Assembly: GCA_963665235.2 (NCBI GenBank)
Contig: CAXXLX010000001.1
Location: 2,816,001 to 2,880,000, forward strand
DNA from: Candidatus Poribacteria bacterium
GTDB taxonomy: Bacteria > Poribacteria > WGA-4E > WGA-3G
Direction: 5' to 3'
DNA length: 64,000 bases
The translations under genes were made by a program, and so were the position numbers. The notes beneath the pieces are model-generated. The model made no database searches. It was not told the DNA's origin and saw only the letters and a program-made list of their open reading frames with translations. This document shows positions 19,545 to 28,858 of the stretch, in pieces. The stretch's first letter is position 1. Every line of letters begins with the position of its first letter.

Positions 19545-20033
19545 TTAAACTTTCAGAGATGCACCAGGGTCGCCCCATTGCCCTTTTTCACCCAAAAATT
19601 TCACCGATTTATCAATTTCAAGCTGACCATCTTCTGCCAAAGCAATCTTCACCCGCTCAAGAGGCCGAGGGGCCGGCCCCTCATAGTTGATACCGTCACG
19701 GTCAAAACCGCTACCGTGGCATGGACACTTGAACTTATTTTCCGAACCGAGCCAACGCGGGGTGCAACCCAAATGCGTACAGGTTGCTAACAGCGCGTAA
19801 AACTCACCATCTTCACGCCGAACAATCCAAACGCCAAACGGCTCCTTCTTATATTTTTCGCTAACGCTCCCCGGCGGATATTCCCCAGGAAAGCCCGCTT
19901 TAAAGATAGACGACGGTTCAAACAGCACACGCGGGTAGAGGTATCGCACCAGCCCAGGACCGAAACACAATCCCAATGCTGCCGTGAAGTTCCCCCAACC
20001 GAGAAATTTGAAAAATTTACGTCGAGATAACAC
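19545..20033 (-). CDS. petC: Rieske iron-sulfur subunit (Tat-exported)
   Basis: SRRKFFK Tat motif; CTHLGC and CPCHGS; GPAPRPL. Confidence 0.95.
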   Translation of the reverse strand: MLSRRKFFKFLGWGNFTAALGLCFGPGLVRYLYPRVLFEPSSIFKAGFPGEYPPGSVSEKYKKEPFGVWIVRREDGEFYALLATCTHLGCTPRWLGSENKFKCPCHGSGFDRDGINYEGPAPRPLERVKIALAEDGQLEIDKSVKFLGEKGQWGDPGASLKV

Positions 20034-20086
20034 GTCTGCCCCCTAATCTACAAAATCACAATTATTGCTTTAAACTTTGCGTATCA

Positions 20087-20114
20087 AGTATATCATAAAT
20101 TATAGAATTGTCTA
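20087..20114 (-). promoter_or_regulatory. Candidate sigma70 promoter of the respiratory operon
   Basis: Minus strand TAGACA-16-TATACT with TG extension. Confidence 0.45.
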
Positions 20115-20144
20115 GCATAAATTGCATGTCTAAAAATTACCATA

Positions 20145-20160
20145 TCACGGATATCCGTGA
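20145..20160. promoter_or_regulatory. Palindromic operator, copy 2 (TCACGGATATCCGTGA)
   Basis: Perfect 16-bp palindrome upstream of the operon promoter. Confidence 0.6.
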
Positions 20161-20192
20161 ATTTTTCCCTAATTCGATAAACCCCTACTCTC

Positions 20193-20482
20193 TGTAGGAG
20201 CGTGCTGTGCACGCGATATTGTGTAGGTGCGTGCTGTGTTTGTGATACTCTTCTGTCGTGCTGTGCACGCGATATTGTGTAGGTGTGTGCTGTGCACGCG
20301 ATATTGTGTAGGTGTGTGCTGTGTTTGCGATACTCTTCTGTAGGAGCGTGCTGTGCACGCGATATTGTGTAGGTGTGTGCTGTGTTTGCGATACTCTTCT
20401 GTAGGAGCGTGCTGTGCACGCGATATTGTGTAGGTGTGTGCTGTGTTTGCGATTTTCTGTAGGAGCGTGCACAACACGCGAT
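20193..20482 (+). repeat. Tandem array of GTAG-type REP-like units (29- and 32-bp units, ~61-bp period)
   Basis: tgtaggagcgtgctgtgcacgcgatattg / tgtaggtgtgtgctgtgtttgcgatactcttc; GTAG followed by GCGTGC-tgt-GCACGC hairpin. Confidence 0.85.
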
Positions 20483-20677
20483 AGATATACTATAGTTTGG
20501 ACAATTTCTGTGAGATAGATGCCCGATTTCAAAGCATTTCTGATTTTTCTCACAGTTGCTCACACAAGGGCAAATAGGAGAAAAATAGGATAGGATGTGC
20601 GAAAACGCAGCCCCAGCGGGGCGGAATGTTTATAGCATGTTGGAAACCATTGGAAACCTATGGAAACCGTTGGCATT

Positions 20678-20741
20678 TAGCAAGAAGGTTGTGATGCTAA
20701 GTATATCTCTGCCGCGCGTCAGAGTCCTCTTCCTCTTGCCA
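20678..20741 (+). repeat. Short dispersed MITE-like element, copy 1
   Basis: tagcaagaagg...gcgcgtcagag...ctcttgcca; near-identical to 23723-23780. Confidence 0.7.
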
Positions 20742-20825
20742 ATTGCTTAATTGCCAAAGAGATTGTTACGCACCGGACACTCCGCGTTCTCCGCGCCTTC
20801 CGCGATTCAGACAACACACGCGAAA

Positions 20826-20900
20826 TCCAATCTTCCACCCTTCCACCCTTTCCCCCTTCCATTCTCCCAATCTTCCACCCTTCCAATCTTCCACCCTTCC
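20826..20900 (+). repeat. Degenerate 8-mer microsatellite (cttccaat/cttccacc)
   Basis: Repeated cttccacc/cttccaat units downstream of the PPC gene. Confidence 0.6.
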
Positions 20901-20904
20901 GTCA

Positions 20905-23403
20905 TTAACGGATAATCTTCACATTAATAGCCGGACTATCCTGTTGAAACTGTTGACCGTTGATTATCGCTGAAGCGCGGAACCTAACCTGATACGTTTT
21001 CGGCTCCAGAGAACTCAGTGCCTCCAATGGAAACTTCACATCCATCCCATTAACAGGAATCGTAACAGGAGAAACAGTAATACCCTCCGGTATACCTATA
21101 GGCGTAATGGTAACAACATCCGTGAACCCACCCCGCCGTACCACACTCACCGTAAGCGTAGCCGACTTCGTAATCGGTTCACTTTTTGGCGGAGATTCAA
21201 CCTCTTCCTCAGCAGCTGCAGCCGGTGCCGGATTTGCAATAGCGACCGTCTCACCTTCACCTGTTAGCGTAGCATCATCTTTCGCTGCCGAGGCAGCTTC
21301 CTCCTCAGTTTCTGTTTTAGGGAAAACAATACTAAACCGCAAAGGCTCCACCGTTACAATGAAAGGCGCAGCGACAACATTTAGCGGAATAGCAGGAGCC
21401 GCCTCCGTCACATTTTCGCGGTCGACATTTGCTGTACCGGTAACCGAAATATAGGCAGTACCCGGCGTAGGCACAACAGAGAATTGTTCCCGCCGTTCAA
21501 CAGTACCCGCCCGCAGTGAAATCACCGCACTATTTTGCCCCGCTGGAATTGTCGCCTTTCCTCCCGAAATACGGGGCGGAACTCCTTGTGTCGAAAGCGC
21601 AATAGGACCATTAAAACCGGCGCGTCGATTCGCAATAACGTGGAAGCTCATAGATTTATTGTGAACAACCCTTAAATCAACATCAGCAAATGAGAGCGTA
21701 AAGGCAGGTGCCTCCATCACAGTCAACAGAATCCCCTTCGGTGACCCAGTCGATTCTATACGTTGACCCCCAATAGCTCCAACCCCAACGATAGAGAACG
21801 GGTGCAGCCCAAGCGGCGCGTCCGAAGGTGCAGTTATCGTCAACACTGCTTGATTTTGACCGGGGTATAAAATTGTCGGACTGACTATAAATCCTTTCGG
21901 AAGGTCCGGGGAATAGAAGCGAAGCGCACCATTAAACCCATCCAAACGTGCTACAGAAACCGTCGTCATCAGAGTCCCACCTCGACTAATACGCGGGTTA
22001 TCGGCACCCACATTCACCCGAAAACCCGGGTTAAGTGGACGAATCGTCAGTCGATATGGATAATCTCCGCCACCGGCACCGTTTAGGTCACGCACCGAAA
22101 TAGCGTAATCGCCTGCCTCCGGAAATGCAAAACTGAGCCGGGCATCCGTTCCACTAGCATCATCGTTGATACTTAATATCTGTTCTTCAACGCTGCCCTC
22201 GGCTTCCCCTTTTTTATGAGAATAGAGCGTAAGCAACGGATCGAGTTTAGATTGAAAACCGCGCGCCGCAACATCAAAGACAAAACGCGTCCCTTTCTCT
22301 ACCTTGAAAGAAAACCTATCGATATCGCCAGCCTTCTCTATCTTTCCGTTGACAGTTATCGGCGTTCCGATTTTGTTCTCTTTCGTTAGCGCGTTATTCG
22401 GCTCATTCTCAGCTGTTTCGTTAAATTCACCGATAGCGAACGGATGCGGATTAGTCTCAAGGCCACCGGGCGTACTCACCCGTAGCTCCTGACTGCCTAA
22501 TGGCGTTTCAGCACCAATGTCAAGTTGTATTGCATTGACCGAGCCCAAGTTTGCACCTGTCACATTCACGGTCGTAGCGGTACCCCGCTTTGCACCGAGT
22601 GGAAAAATGCTCTGAAGATACGGCAACTCACCGATACTTAACCGATATAGATAATTCCCGCCACCTTGATAGCGAATGTCCCGCAGCTGAAGCGTATACT
22701 CACCCGCTTGTGCCGTTGTGTAGTTAATAAATGAATCTAACCCGTTCCCGAGGCCACTTTCCACAACCTCTGCACCGTTCGGGTCAAGGAGAACGAAGTA
22801 CGAATCCAAAGCGGACCCAATACGTTGCGCGCTTATGTCACAGATAAGCTGTGCCCCTTTTCTTAATTTAAAACGGAACAGATCAGCATCTTCAATGGAG
22901 GAAACCACACCGCTTACGGTAACAGGCAACTCAAGCATTTGTGCCTCATCCATTGTAGAATTCGGCTCCTGTTCCGCTATCTCAGGCAGATTACCGACAA
23001 TGAAATTTTGCGGATTGGAAACACCATTCGGCGTGATGAGCCGCACCTGATGCGTACCGAGCGGTGCATCCGCCGCAATTTGGAACGATACAACCAGACG
23101 CGGGTTGTTCGGAATGTTACCGGAGATGCCTGAACCGTTAAAACGGACAGTCGCCACCGGCGACTTTTTCGTAATTTCCGCGTTAATCCCCGTTTTATTG
23201 AACCAGACCTCTGCTGTCTCACTGATGTTTTTACCATCCAGTATAATTTCAATAGTTTGTCCGCGTTGTGCACCACGCGGCGATATACCTGTCAACTGCG
23301 GTGCAACCTGTGCATGAACTAAACCGACAACCAAAAACAGAATCAAGGTTATCTGACTCAAAAACCATCTTTGTCTTTTATGTTCTAATAATATATCAGG
23401 CAT
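20905..23403 (-). CDS. Secreted PPC (pre-peptidase C-terminal) repeat protein, planctomycete type
   Basis: Signal peptide, PRGAQRG, EQEPN/ENEPN, D.D.F.F repeats, YRL.IG. Confidence 0.8.
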   Translation of the reverse strand: MPDILLEHKRQRWFLSQITLILFLVVGLVHAQVAPQLTGISPRGAQRGQTIEIILDGKNISETAEVWFNKTGINAEITKKSPVATVRFNGSGISGNIPNNPRLVVSFQIAADAPLGTHQVRLITPNGVSNPQNFIVGNLPEIAEQEPNSTMDEAQMLELPVTVSGVVSSIEDADLFRFKLRKGAQLICDISAQRIGSALDSYFVLLDPNGAEVVESGLGNGLDSFINYTTAQAGEYTLQLRDIRYQGGGNYLYRLSIGELPYLQSIFPLGAKRGTATTVNVTGANLGSVNAIQLDIGAETPLGSQELRVSTPGGLETNPHPFAIGEFNETAENEPNNALTKENKIGTPITVNGKIEKAGDIDRFSFKVEKGTRFVFDVAARGFQSKLDPLLTLYSHKKGEAEGSVEEQILSINDDASGTDARLSFAFPEAGDYAISVRDLNGAGGGDYPYRLTIRPLNPGFRVNVGADNPRISRGGTLMTTVSVARLDGFNGALRFYSPDLPKGFIVSPTILYPGQNQAVLTITAPSDAPLGLHPFSIVGVGAIGGQRIESTGSPKGILLTVMEAPAFTLSFADVDLRVVHNKSMSFHVIANRRAGFNGPIALSTQGVPPRISGGKATIPAGQNSAVISLRAGTVERREQFSVVPTPGTAYISVTGTANVDRENVTEAAPAIPLNVVAAPFIVTVEPLRFSIVFPKTETEEEAASAAKDDATLTGEGETVAIANPAPAAAAEEEVESPPKSEPITKSATLTVSVVRRGGFTDVVTITPIGIPEGITVSPVTIPVNGMDVKFPLEALSSLEPKTYQVRFRASAIINGQQFQQDSPAINVKIIR

Positions 23404-23581
23404 CTCTATTACCTCTTATGAAAATGGGGTGTTTATAACGTGAGTTAAGTGTTCGTAGTAGGGAAACCATTCATTGCCCATCGATACCGAACTATTTATT
23501 TAACGTGAGTTTGAAAAAAAGTTTTCCCCTAGTATGAGGAGCGGGCTGGTTGCCCGAATACTGGGCGAGAAGTCTGCTTCT

Positions 23582-23704
23582 TAGGGACGATATCTTTATA
23601 GAAAGCCGTTTCTGTCCCAGCTCTTAGTCCCGTAGGGACGATATCTTTATAGAAGCACGCAACCGGTCCAGACTTAGCCCCGTAGGGGCGATATCTTTAT
23701 AGAA
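23582..23704 (+). repeat. Three REP-like copies of (ccccg)taggg(a/g)cgatatctttatagaa
   Basis: Three direct copies with short variable linkers; related sequence at ~20609-20637. Confidence 0.7.
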
Positions 23705-23722
23705 TGTTGGCTTATAGAAATT

Positions 23723-23780
23723 TAGCAAGAAGGTTGTGATGCTAAGCATATCTCTGCTGCGCGTCAAAACCCTCTTGCCA
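23723..23780 (+). repeat. Short dispersed MITE-like element, copy 2
   Basis: Matches 20678-20741; followed by ccaatcg heptamers. Confidence 0.7.
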
Positions 23781-23803
23781 ATCGCCAATCGCCAATCGCC
23801 ATC

Positions 23804-25249
23804 CTAGAATATCCCGGTAATCACTTCACCTTTAACCAACTCACGAGGCTGGTCTAAGTGATTCATCACGATAGTGTGCGGGTCAATACCAAGCGTATGA
23901 TAGACCGTCGCCAGAATATCCCGCGGATGCACCGGTTTTTCAAGCGGGGTTGAACCCGTCGCATCAGATTTACCGTAAACCTGACCACCCTTCACACCAG
24001 CACCAGCGATTAGACCGGTATAGCAATACGGCCAGTGGTCCCGACCATCCGGAGCGTTCCCGTTGCCTGACGTGCTGATACCCATACGAGGCGAACGTCC
24101 GAATTCACCGATAGCAAGCACAAGCGTATCCTCTAACATACCGCGCTGAGCTAAATCCTCCAGCAGCGAAGATACCGCACTATCCAACTTCGGACAGTGT
24201 AGATTTTTCAACGGACCGAAATTCGCAGCGTGCGTATCCCATGCCGTCGTATTCGGATTACCGTTCGCAACTGAGGGCCAGTTCACCTGAACAAAACGCG
24301 TACCAGCCTCAACCAATCGGCGAGCGAGCAGCACACTCTGTCCAAATGTGTGCCGACCGTAGCGGTCACGCATCTCATCCGGCTCCTGTGACAAATCAAA
24401 CGCGTTTCGTGCCTTCTGCGACAGGATAAGGTCATACGCCTTCTCATAATGCTCATTCAGCGCATAAGAATCCGCCACCTTGTCAATTTCTGGCATACTT
24501 GCATTAATCGTTTCAAGGAGCGTCTTCCGCCGCTGCAACCGCACCGGGGGCACCTCTGGACGGAGCGTCAAATCGTCAAGTTTCACCTCTTTATTCGGGT
24601 CTTGGAAGAGGAAATACGGGTCATACGCTCTACCGAGGAAACCAGCGTTTCCACCTTTACCGATGATATTACTCTCCTGCATCGGGCGTGGAAGTTGCAC
24701 AGCAGCCAACATCGCTTCGGCTGGCGGCTTGAGCTTCGCAATATGCGCCGCCGCATTCGGATGATCGGCTGGAGACGGCGGATCCAGTTGGCCCGAAGGC
24801 GCAACCTTGTCCGGCGTTTCACCGGTAACCATCTGATACATCGCCGCAGTGTGATTGAAAAGTCCCGCTGGCGTATAACTTACGGAACGGATAAGACACG
24901 CCTTATCCATCTGTTTCGCCAAAAGCGGCATCGTTTCTGATAACTGAATACCCGGAACATTCGTCGGAATCGGGTTAAATTCTCCACGGATATTAGAGGG
25001 TGCATCCGGCTTCGGATCCCAGATGTCAATATGGCTCGGGCCGCCTTGTAAGAAAAGCAGAATAACTGAATTCGCTTTGCCCCAACCACTTACAGCCGGT
25101 GCCACATCAACTGCCGTACTCGCCTTCGCTTGAAGTGACAAGACTTGGGGTAGGCTAATGCCCAGCATCGCCGCGCCCCCCACGCGGAGAAATTCTCGAC
25201 GCGAGAACCCGTCACATAATCTTCCAGGGGCTTGTGGTAATGATAACAT
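23804..25249 (-). CDS. DUF1501 family protein (Tat signal)
   Basis: SRREFLRVG, GGPSHIDIWDPKP, ARRLVEAG, WDTH, GEFGRSP, GRDHWP. Confidence 0.93.
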   Translation of the reverse strand: MLSLPQAPGRLCDGFSRREFLRVGGAAMLGISLPQVLSLQAKASTAVDVAPAVSGWGKANSVILLFLQGGPSHIDIWDPKPDAPSNIRGEFNPIPTNVPGIQLSETMPLLAKQMDKACLIRSVSYTPAGLFNHTAAMYQMVTGETPDKVAPSGQLDPPSPADHPNAAAHIAKLKPPAEAMLAAVQLPRPMQESNIIGKGGNAGFLGRAYDPYFLFQDPNKEVKLDDLTLRPEVPPVRLQRRKTLLETINASMPEIDKVADSYALNEHYEKAYDLILSQKARNAFDLSQEPDEMRDRYGRHTFGQSVLLARRLVEAGTRFVQVNWPSVANGNPNTTAWDTHAANFGPLKNLHCPKLDSAVSSLLEDLAQRGMLEDTLVLAIGEFGRSPRMGISTSGNGNAPDGRDHWPYCYTGLIAGAGVKGGQVYGKSDATGSTPLEKPVHPRDILATVYHTLGIDPHTIVMNHLDQPRELVKGEVITGIF

Positions 25250-25326
25250 CCTTGTTAATTCCTCCTAAAATAGTGGTAACACGGGCAGATAACGTATCTA
25301 CCTGTTGGCAATTGGCTTATGGCTTA

Positions 25327-25390
25327 TAGCAAGAGAAAGAAAACTCTGACGCGCTTCAGATATGTTATTAGAAGCACAAACCTCTTGCTA
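25327..25390 (-). repeat. Short dispersed MITE-like element, copy 3 (inverted, diverged)
   Basis: tagcaagag...ctctgacgcgc...ctcttgcta, flanked by ttggcaa/ccaatag-type heptamers. Confidence 0.6.
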
Positions 25391-25422
25391 ATTGCTAATC
25401 GCCAATAGCCATTTGCCAATAA

Positions 25423-27921
25423 CTAACGATTGAATAAAAACGCTGGACTATTAATCAACGCCCACAGCAAATCTTGTGCGCCTTCCTCTTTAGATTCTGC
25501 TGCAGCGATATGCTCTGCCGCCTTTGCAGCTTCAGCTTCCGATGGCAACCGAGCAAGCGTCGCAAGATATAATTCTTCAACGATGGCACCAGCATCCGCA
25601 TCCACTTTTGTAAGTTTTGCAATTCGTCCCGCAGGGTCTATGAGCGCATCCGCGACTGTCGGCCCGTTAAGCAGGTTCATTGCATGTGCAAGACTCACCT
25701 CACCGGTCCGCTCACATTCACAAGAAGACTCACGTTCTGGCCTCCCGAAAAGTTTCAAGAAACCGTCATCTTTTACCTGACTATCGGGCAACTGAACCGC
25801 GCGGAAGTTTTTCGGCACCGCTTGGAATTTCGGGCGGCTCCCCGTCGCTATGCCGATGGCATCTAGCAACTGCTCCGCTGTCAAACGCCGCGCAGTCCCG
25901 TGCGAGAAGTTAATTTCATCGTCTTGATTCCACTTATTCGTCTTAATACTCTGCTGATAAGTTCTGGAACGGGCAATCGTTTTCATGATATGTTTCATAT
26001 TAAACCCGTTCTCAACAAAATCCTTCGTCAGCGCATCAAGCAGTTCCGGATTGCTCGGCGGATTGCTCGTTCGAATATCGTCTACTGGCTCGATGATACC
26101 GCGCCCCATGAAATAACTCCAGAGACGGTTCACACCCGCCCGCGCGAACATCGGATTCTCCGGGGCAGTAAGCCACGTAGCAAACGCTTGCCGCCGGTCG
26201 TTTGTACCTGAATCCACCTCGCCGAACGGAACGGAAGGTTCAACTACCGCTAATGTCCGTGGATGTTTCACAGGACTGTCCGTATAACTTGCATAAACGA
26301 TTTCATCCCCAGGCAATTGCCCACGTTTTACCTTAACATCCGCGAAAAACGCCCCCAATTCATAATATTGATTCTGAGTCCATTTTTCAAACGGATGGTC
26401 ATGACACTTATTGCAGGAGAAGCGAACACCGAGAAAAAGCTGTGTCGTATTTTCTACAACCGCCGTATATTCGCGCGACACCCGAAAATAACTCGCCGCC
26501 GGATTCGTGTACGCACTTCCCGAAGCTGTCAACAGTTCCCTGACAAACCGGTCATAAGGCCGGTTCTCCTTAATCGCATCGTGAATCCACTCCTGGAACA
26601 GCCAAACCCCGCGCTCACCGAGAAACTTACGATTAGACTGAAGCAGGTCCGCCCACTTATGCGTCCAATGGTCAACAAACTCCGGTGTTTCTATCAACAC
26701 ATCAATTAACTTTTCCCGTTTCGCCTTCGAGTCGGTGTCATCCTTCAGGAAACTGCGCACCTGCTCAGGTGTCGGCGGAAGCCCGGTCAAGTCTAGATAA
26801 ATGCGACGCACAAATTCTTCATCGGTACACAACGCTGACGGTAGAATTTTCAACCGCTGAAGCTTATTGTGAACGTGCGTATCAATATAGTTATATTCAG
26901 GGGTTTCAACCCATTCGTAACCGCTCCGGTCCCCCATAACGATAATGCCGTTTGTGCTATATGTCCCTTCGTAACGGGTGAGAATAGCCGTTTCGCCACG
27001 ACGTGCAGCAGTGACCACCCCCGCATCCGTTACAGTTGCAACATCGTTAACACTACTTGTGAACTTCGCCTCACGGGTAACATCCCGCGTCGTGCCATCC
27101 GCATAGTGTGCGATGACGACCAGCTGTTGCATCATCCCGGGCATCGCCAATTCAGCGGAGTCCGGTAGCACCTCTATCCGTTTCACACGGTCGATGCGGC
27201 CAACGTCAGAAATCGCGCCTTCCGCTATCCATTGCCGAAGGAGCTTATAATAGCGGGCCCCTGGCACTATCACCTGCCCGCCTTTGTGCGGCACCTCTGA
27301 TGTCGGTTTGAGCAACATCAGGCTCTGCTCAGGGAACGCCCTATTGAAACGTCGTCCAGAAATGTCCTCGATTAACAGCTCATAATCGAACTCTGGGTCA
27401 TAACCGCGTAAGGAAAGCTTGAAACCATTTTTGCCCTTCGCTCCACCGTGACATGTGCCGTTATTACACCCCGCATGACTCAGGGTAGGCATCACATCCC
27501 GAACAAAACTTACAGGCGGCGCGTCTATACTTTCGACCGTTACCGGGAGCTCAGCACTAAGCCCTTTCGCTTTAACAACAACTTTTGTTGAACCGACCGC
27601 TATCGGAACAATATACCCCGATTCGTTAATTTCTACACTATTAGATGCGGACGTTAGCGTTGCGCGATGCGTTACATCGACCCATGCTCCATCCGCTGTT
27701 TGTCCAGAAACGAGGATACGGCGTTCATCGCGCGCATGCGACAACGTCAACGCCTCTGGATGAACCTTCAACGCTTTTAGGGCAATGCTTTCAAGCCCAT
27801 CTTGCGCCGCTGATACCTCTACACTCGCCGCGGGATTCTCCATCTCACTTGAAACCTCAAGCAGAAAACACATGGAAAATACGATAAGGAGCGTAGCAAA
27901 CAAATGAACACTGCGTTCCAT
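25423..27921 (-). CDS. DUF1549/DUF1553 (PSCyt2/PSD1) protein with Ig-like domains and heme-c-like motifs
   Basis: GCNNGTCHG, RRIYLDLTG, CNKCHDHP, NRLWSYFMGRG, PSNPELLDAL, FGRPERESSCECER, WALINSPAFLFNR; start moved to MERSV (GGAGG RBS). Confidence 0.92.
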   Translation of the reverse strand: MERSVHLFATLLIVFSMCFLLEVSSEMENPAASVEVSAAQDGLESIALKALKVHPEALTLSHARDERRILVSGQTADGAWVDVTHRATLTSASNSVEINESGYIVPIAVGSTKVVVKAKGLSAELPVTVESIDAPPVSFVRDVMPTLSHAGCNNGTCHGGAKGKNGFKLSLRGYDPEFDYELLIEDISGRRFNRAFPEQSLMLLKPTSEVPHKGGQVIVPGARYYKLLRQWIAEGAISDVGRIDRVKRIEVLPDSAELAMPGMMQQLVVIAHYADGTTRDVTREAKFTSSVNDVATVTDAGVVTAARRGETAILTRYEGTYSTNGIIVMGDRSGYEWVETPEYNYIDTHVHNKLQRLKILPSALCTDEEFVRRIYLDLTGLPPTPEQVRSFLKDDTDSKAKREKLIDVLIETPEFVDHWTHKWADLLQSNRKFLGERGVWLFQEWIHDAIKENRPYDRFVRELLTASGSAYTNPAASYFRVSREYTAVVENTTQLFLGVRFSCNKCHDHPFEKWTQNQYYELGAFFADVKVKRGQLPGDEIVYASYTDSPVKHPRTLAVVEPSVPFGEVDSGTNDRRQAFATWLTAPENPMFARAGVNRLWSYFMGRGIIEPVDDIRTSNPPSNPELLDALTKDFVENGFNMKHIMKTIARSRTYQQSIKTNKWNQDDEINFSHGTARRLTAEQLLDAIGIATGSRPKFQAVPKNFRAVQLPDSQVKDDGFLKLFGRPERESSCECERTGEVSLAHAMNLLNGPTVADALIDPAGRIAKLTKVDADAGAIVEELYLATLARLPSEAEAAKAAEHIAAAESKEEGAQDLLWALINSPAFLFNR

Positions 27922-27992
27922 ATTAACCTCCGGATGTGATATGAAACTTACTTTTTTAAAGGAGCGATGAAAACCGCCCTGATATTTTGGGT

Positions 27993-28817
27993 TTACCACC
28001 GATTTTTCAGATGTCCCCACACCACCGGCAACTTGCCGCCGGGGGATACATCTGCATATTCCGATTCATTCGCCAACCAATTGATAACATTTTCTGTGAG
28101 TTGTTCTAATTGGTCAATGTCTTTGTTATTCTTATGATAGTTCGGCAGCCGCCAATTCATATTGAACACCTTACCGCTACCAGCTTTCCAATAACCGAAC
28201 GCGGCAATTTGGTCTTTCCAATCGTTTGCAGGCGGCCCCCAAGCGTTCGCAAGCGTCCTAAAATTCTTCCAAAGCTTGTTATAATAATCGCCACTCTTTG
28301 GGAATCCTGTGGAATTGACCTGAATCCTATCGCCGACTGTCGGTGCCTTGCCCTCAATATTCTTCAATCCCTCAACTAGACCAAGGTCTAGTGTCTCTTG
28401 CAGTACCGTGATACCGACGTTTTGGCCGTCGTCTAAAACGGCATTGTATTGGCGAGCGACAGCGTTTTCCAATCCCATCGGTGTAGCATAACGGATTGCC
28501 CATGCTGTCAGAAGCACTGCACCCCCACTTTCCGCGTAGTCCAGGAACGCATCAATTTCCGCATCCGACAAAGCCCCGGGGTCGCTATCCCCTTCATGCC
28601 ACCACACAACGCCATACTGCTTAAACGTCGCACTCTTCAGATCATTTTTGCCCAATACCGTCGTTTCAAACGTCTCTTTTGCGAAATCCAGTGCAGGGGT
28701 TGTAAACGGACCATCCTCCCCGAGATAGAGAAAACCCACATTCAACTTTGCTGCATTTCCTATATTTAAACCACATATCAACATTAAAGTCAAGAAAAAT
28801 AGAACTTTTCGATACAT
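27993..28817 (-). CDS. Secreted class I glutamine amidotransferase-like-fold protein with Poribacteria-type C-terminal motif
   Basis: Signal peptide, VVWWH, GGAVLL; ends ADVSPGGKLPVVWGHLKNRW. Confidence 0.55.
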   Translation of the reverse strand: MYRKVLFFLTLMLICGLNIGNAAKLNVGFLYLGEDGPFTTPALDFAKETFETTVLGKNDLKSATFKQYGVVWWHEGDSDPGALSDAEIDAFLDYAESGGAVLLTAWAIRYATPMGLENAVARQYNAVLDDGQNVGITVLQETLDLGLVEGLKNIEGKAPTVGDRIQVNSTGFPKSGDYYNKLWKNFRTLANAWGPPANDWKDQIAAFGYWKAGSGKVFNMNWRLPNYHKNNKDIDQLEQLTENVINWLANESEYADVSPGGKLPVVWGHLKNRW

Positions 28818-28858
28818 TTTTGCTCATCCTCTGAATTTTTTGGCAATTTTTGTGAGTT

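Noticed and set aside
20193-20482. Possible CRISPR array, and ORFs 20093-20563, 20169-20477, 20185-20553
   Set aside because: Units are contiguous with no unique spacers and no cas genes; the ORFs are translations of the repeat
23582-23704. Three repeats with variable linkers as a mini-CRISPR
   Set aside because: Linkers are short (~20 nt) and partly similar to each other; the unit is REP-like and a related copy occurs at ~20609
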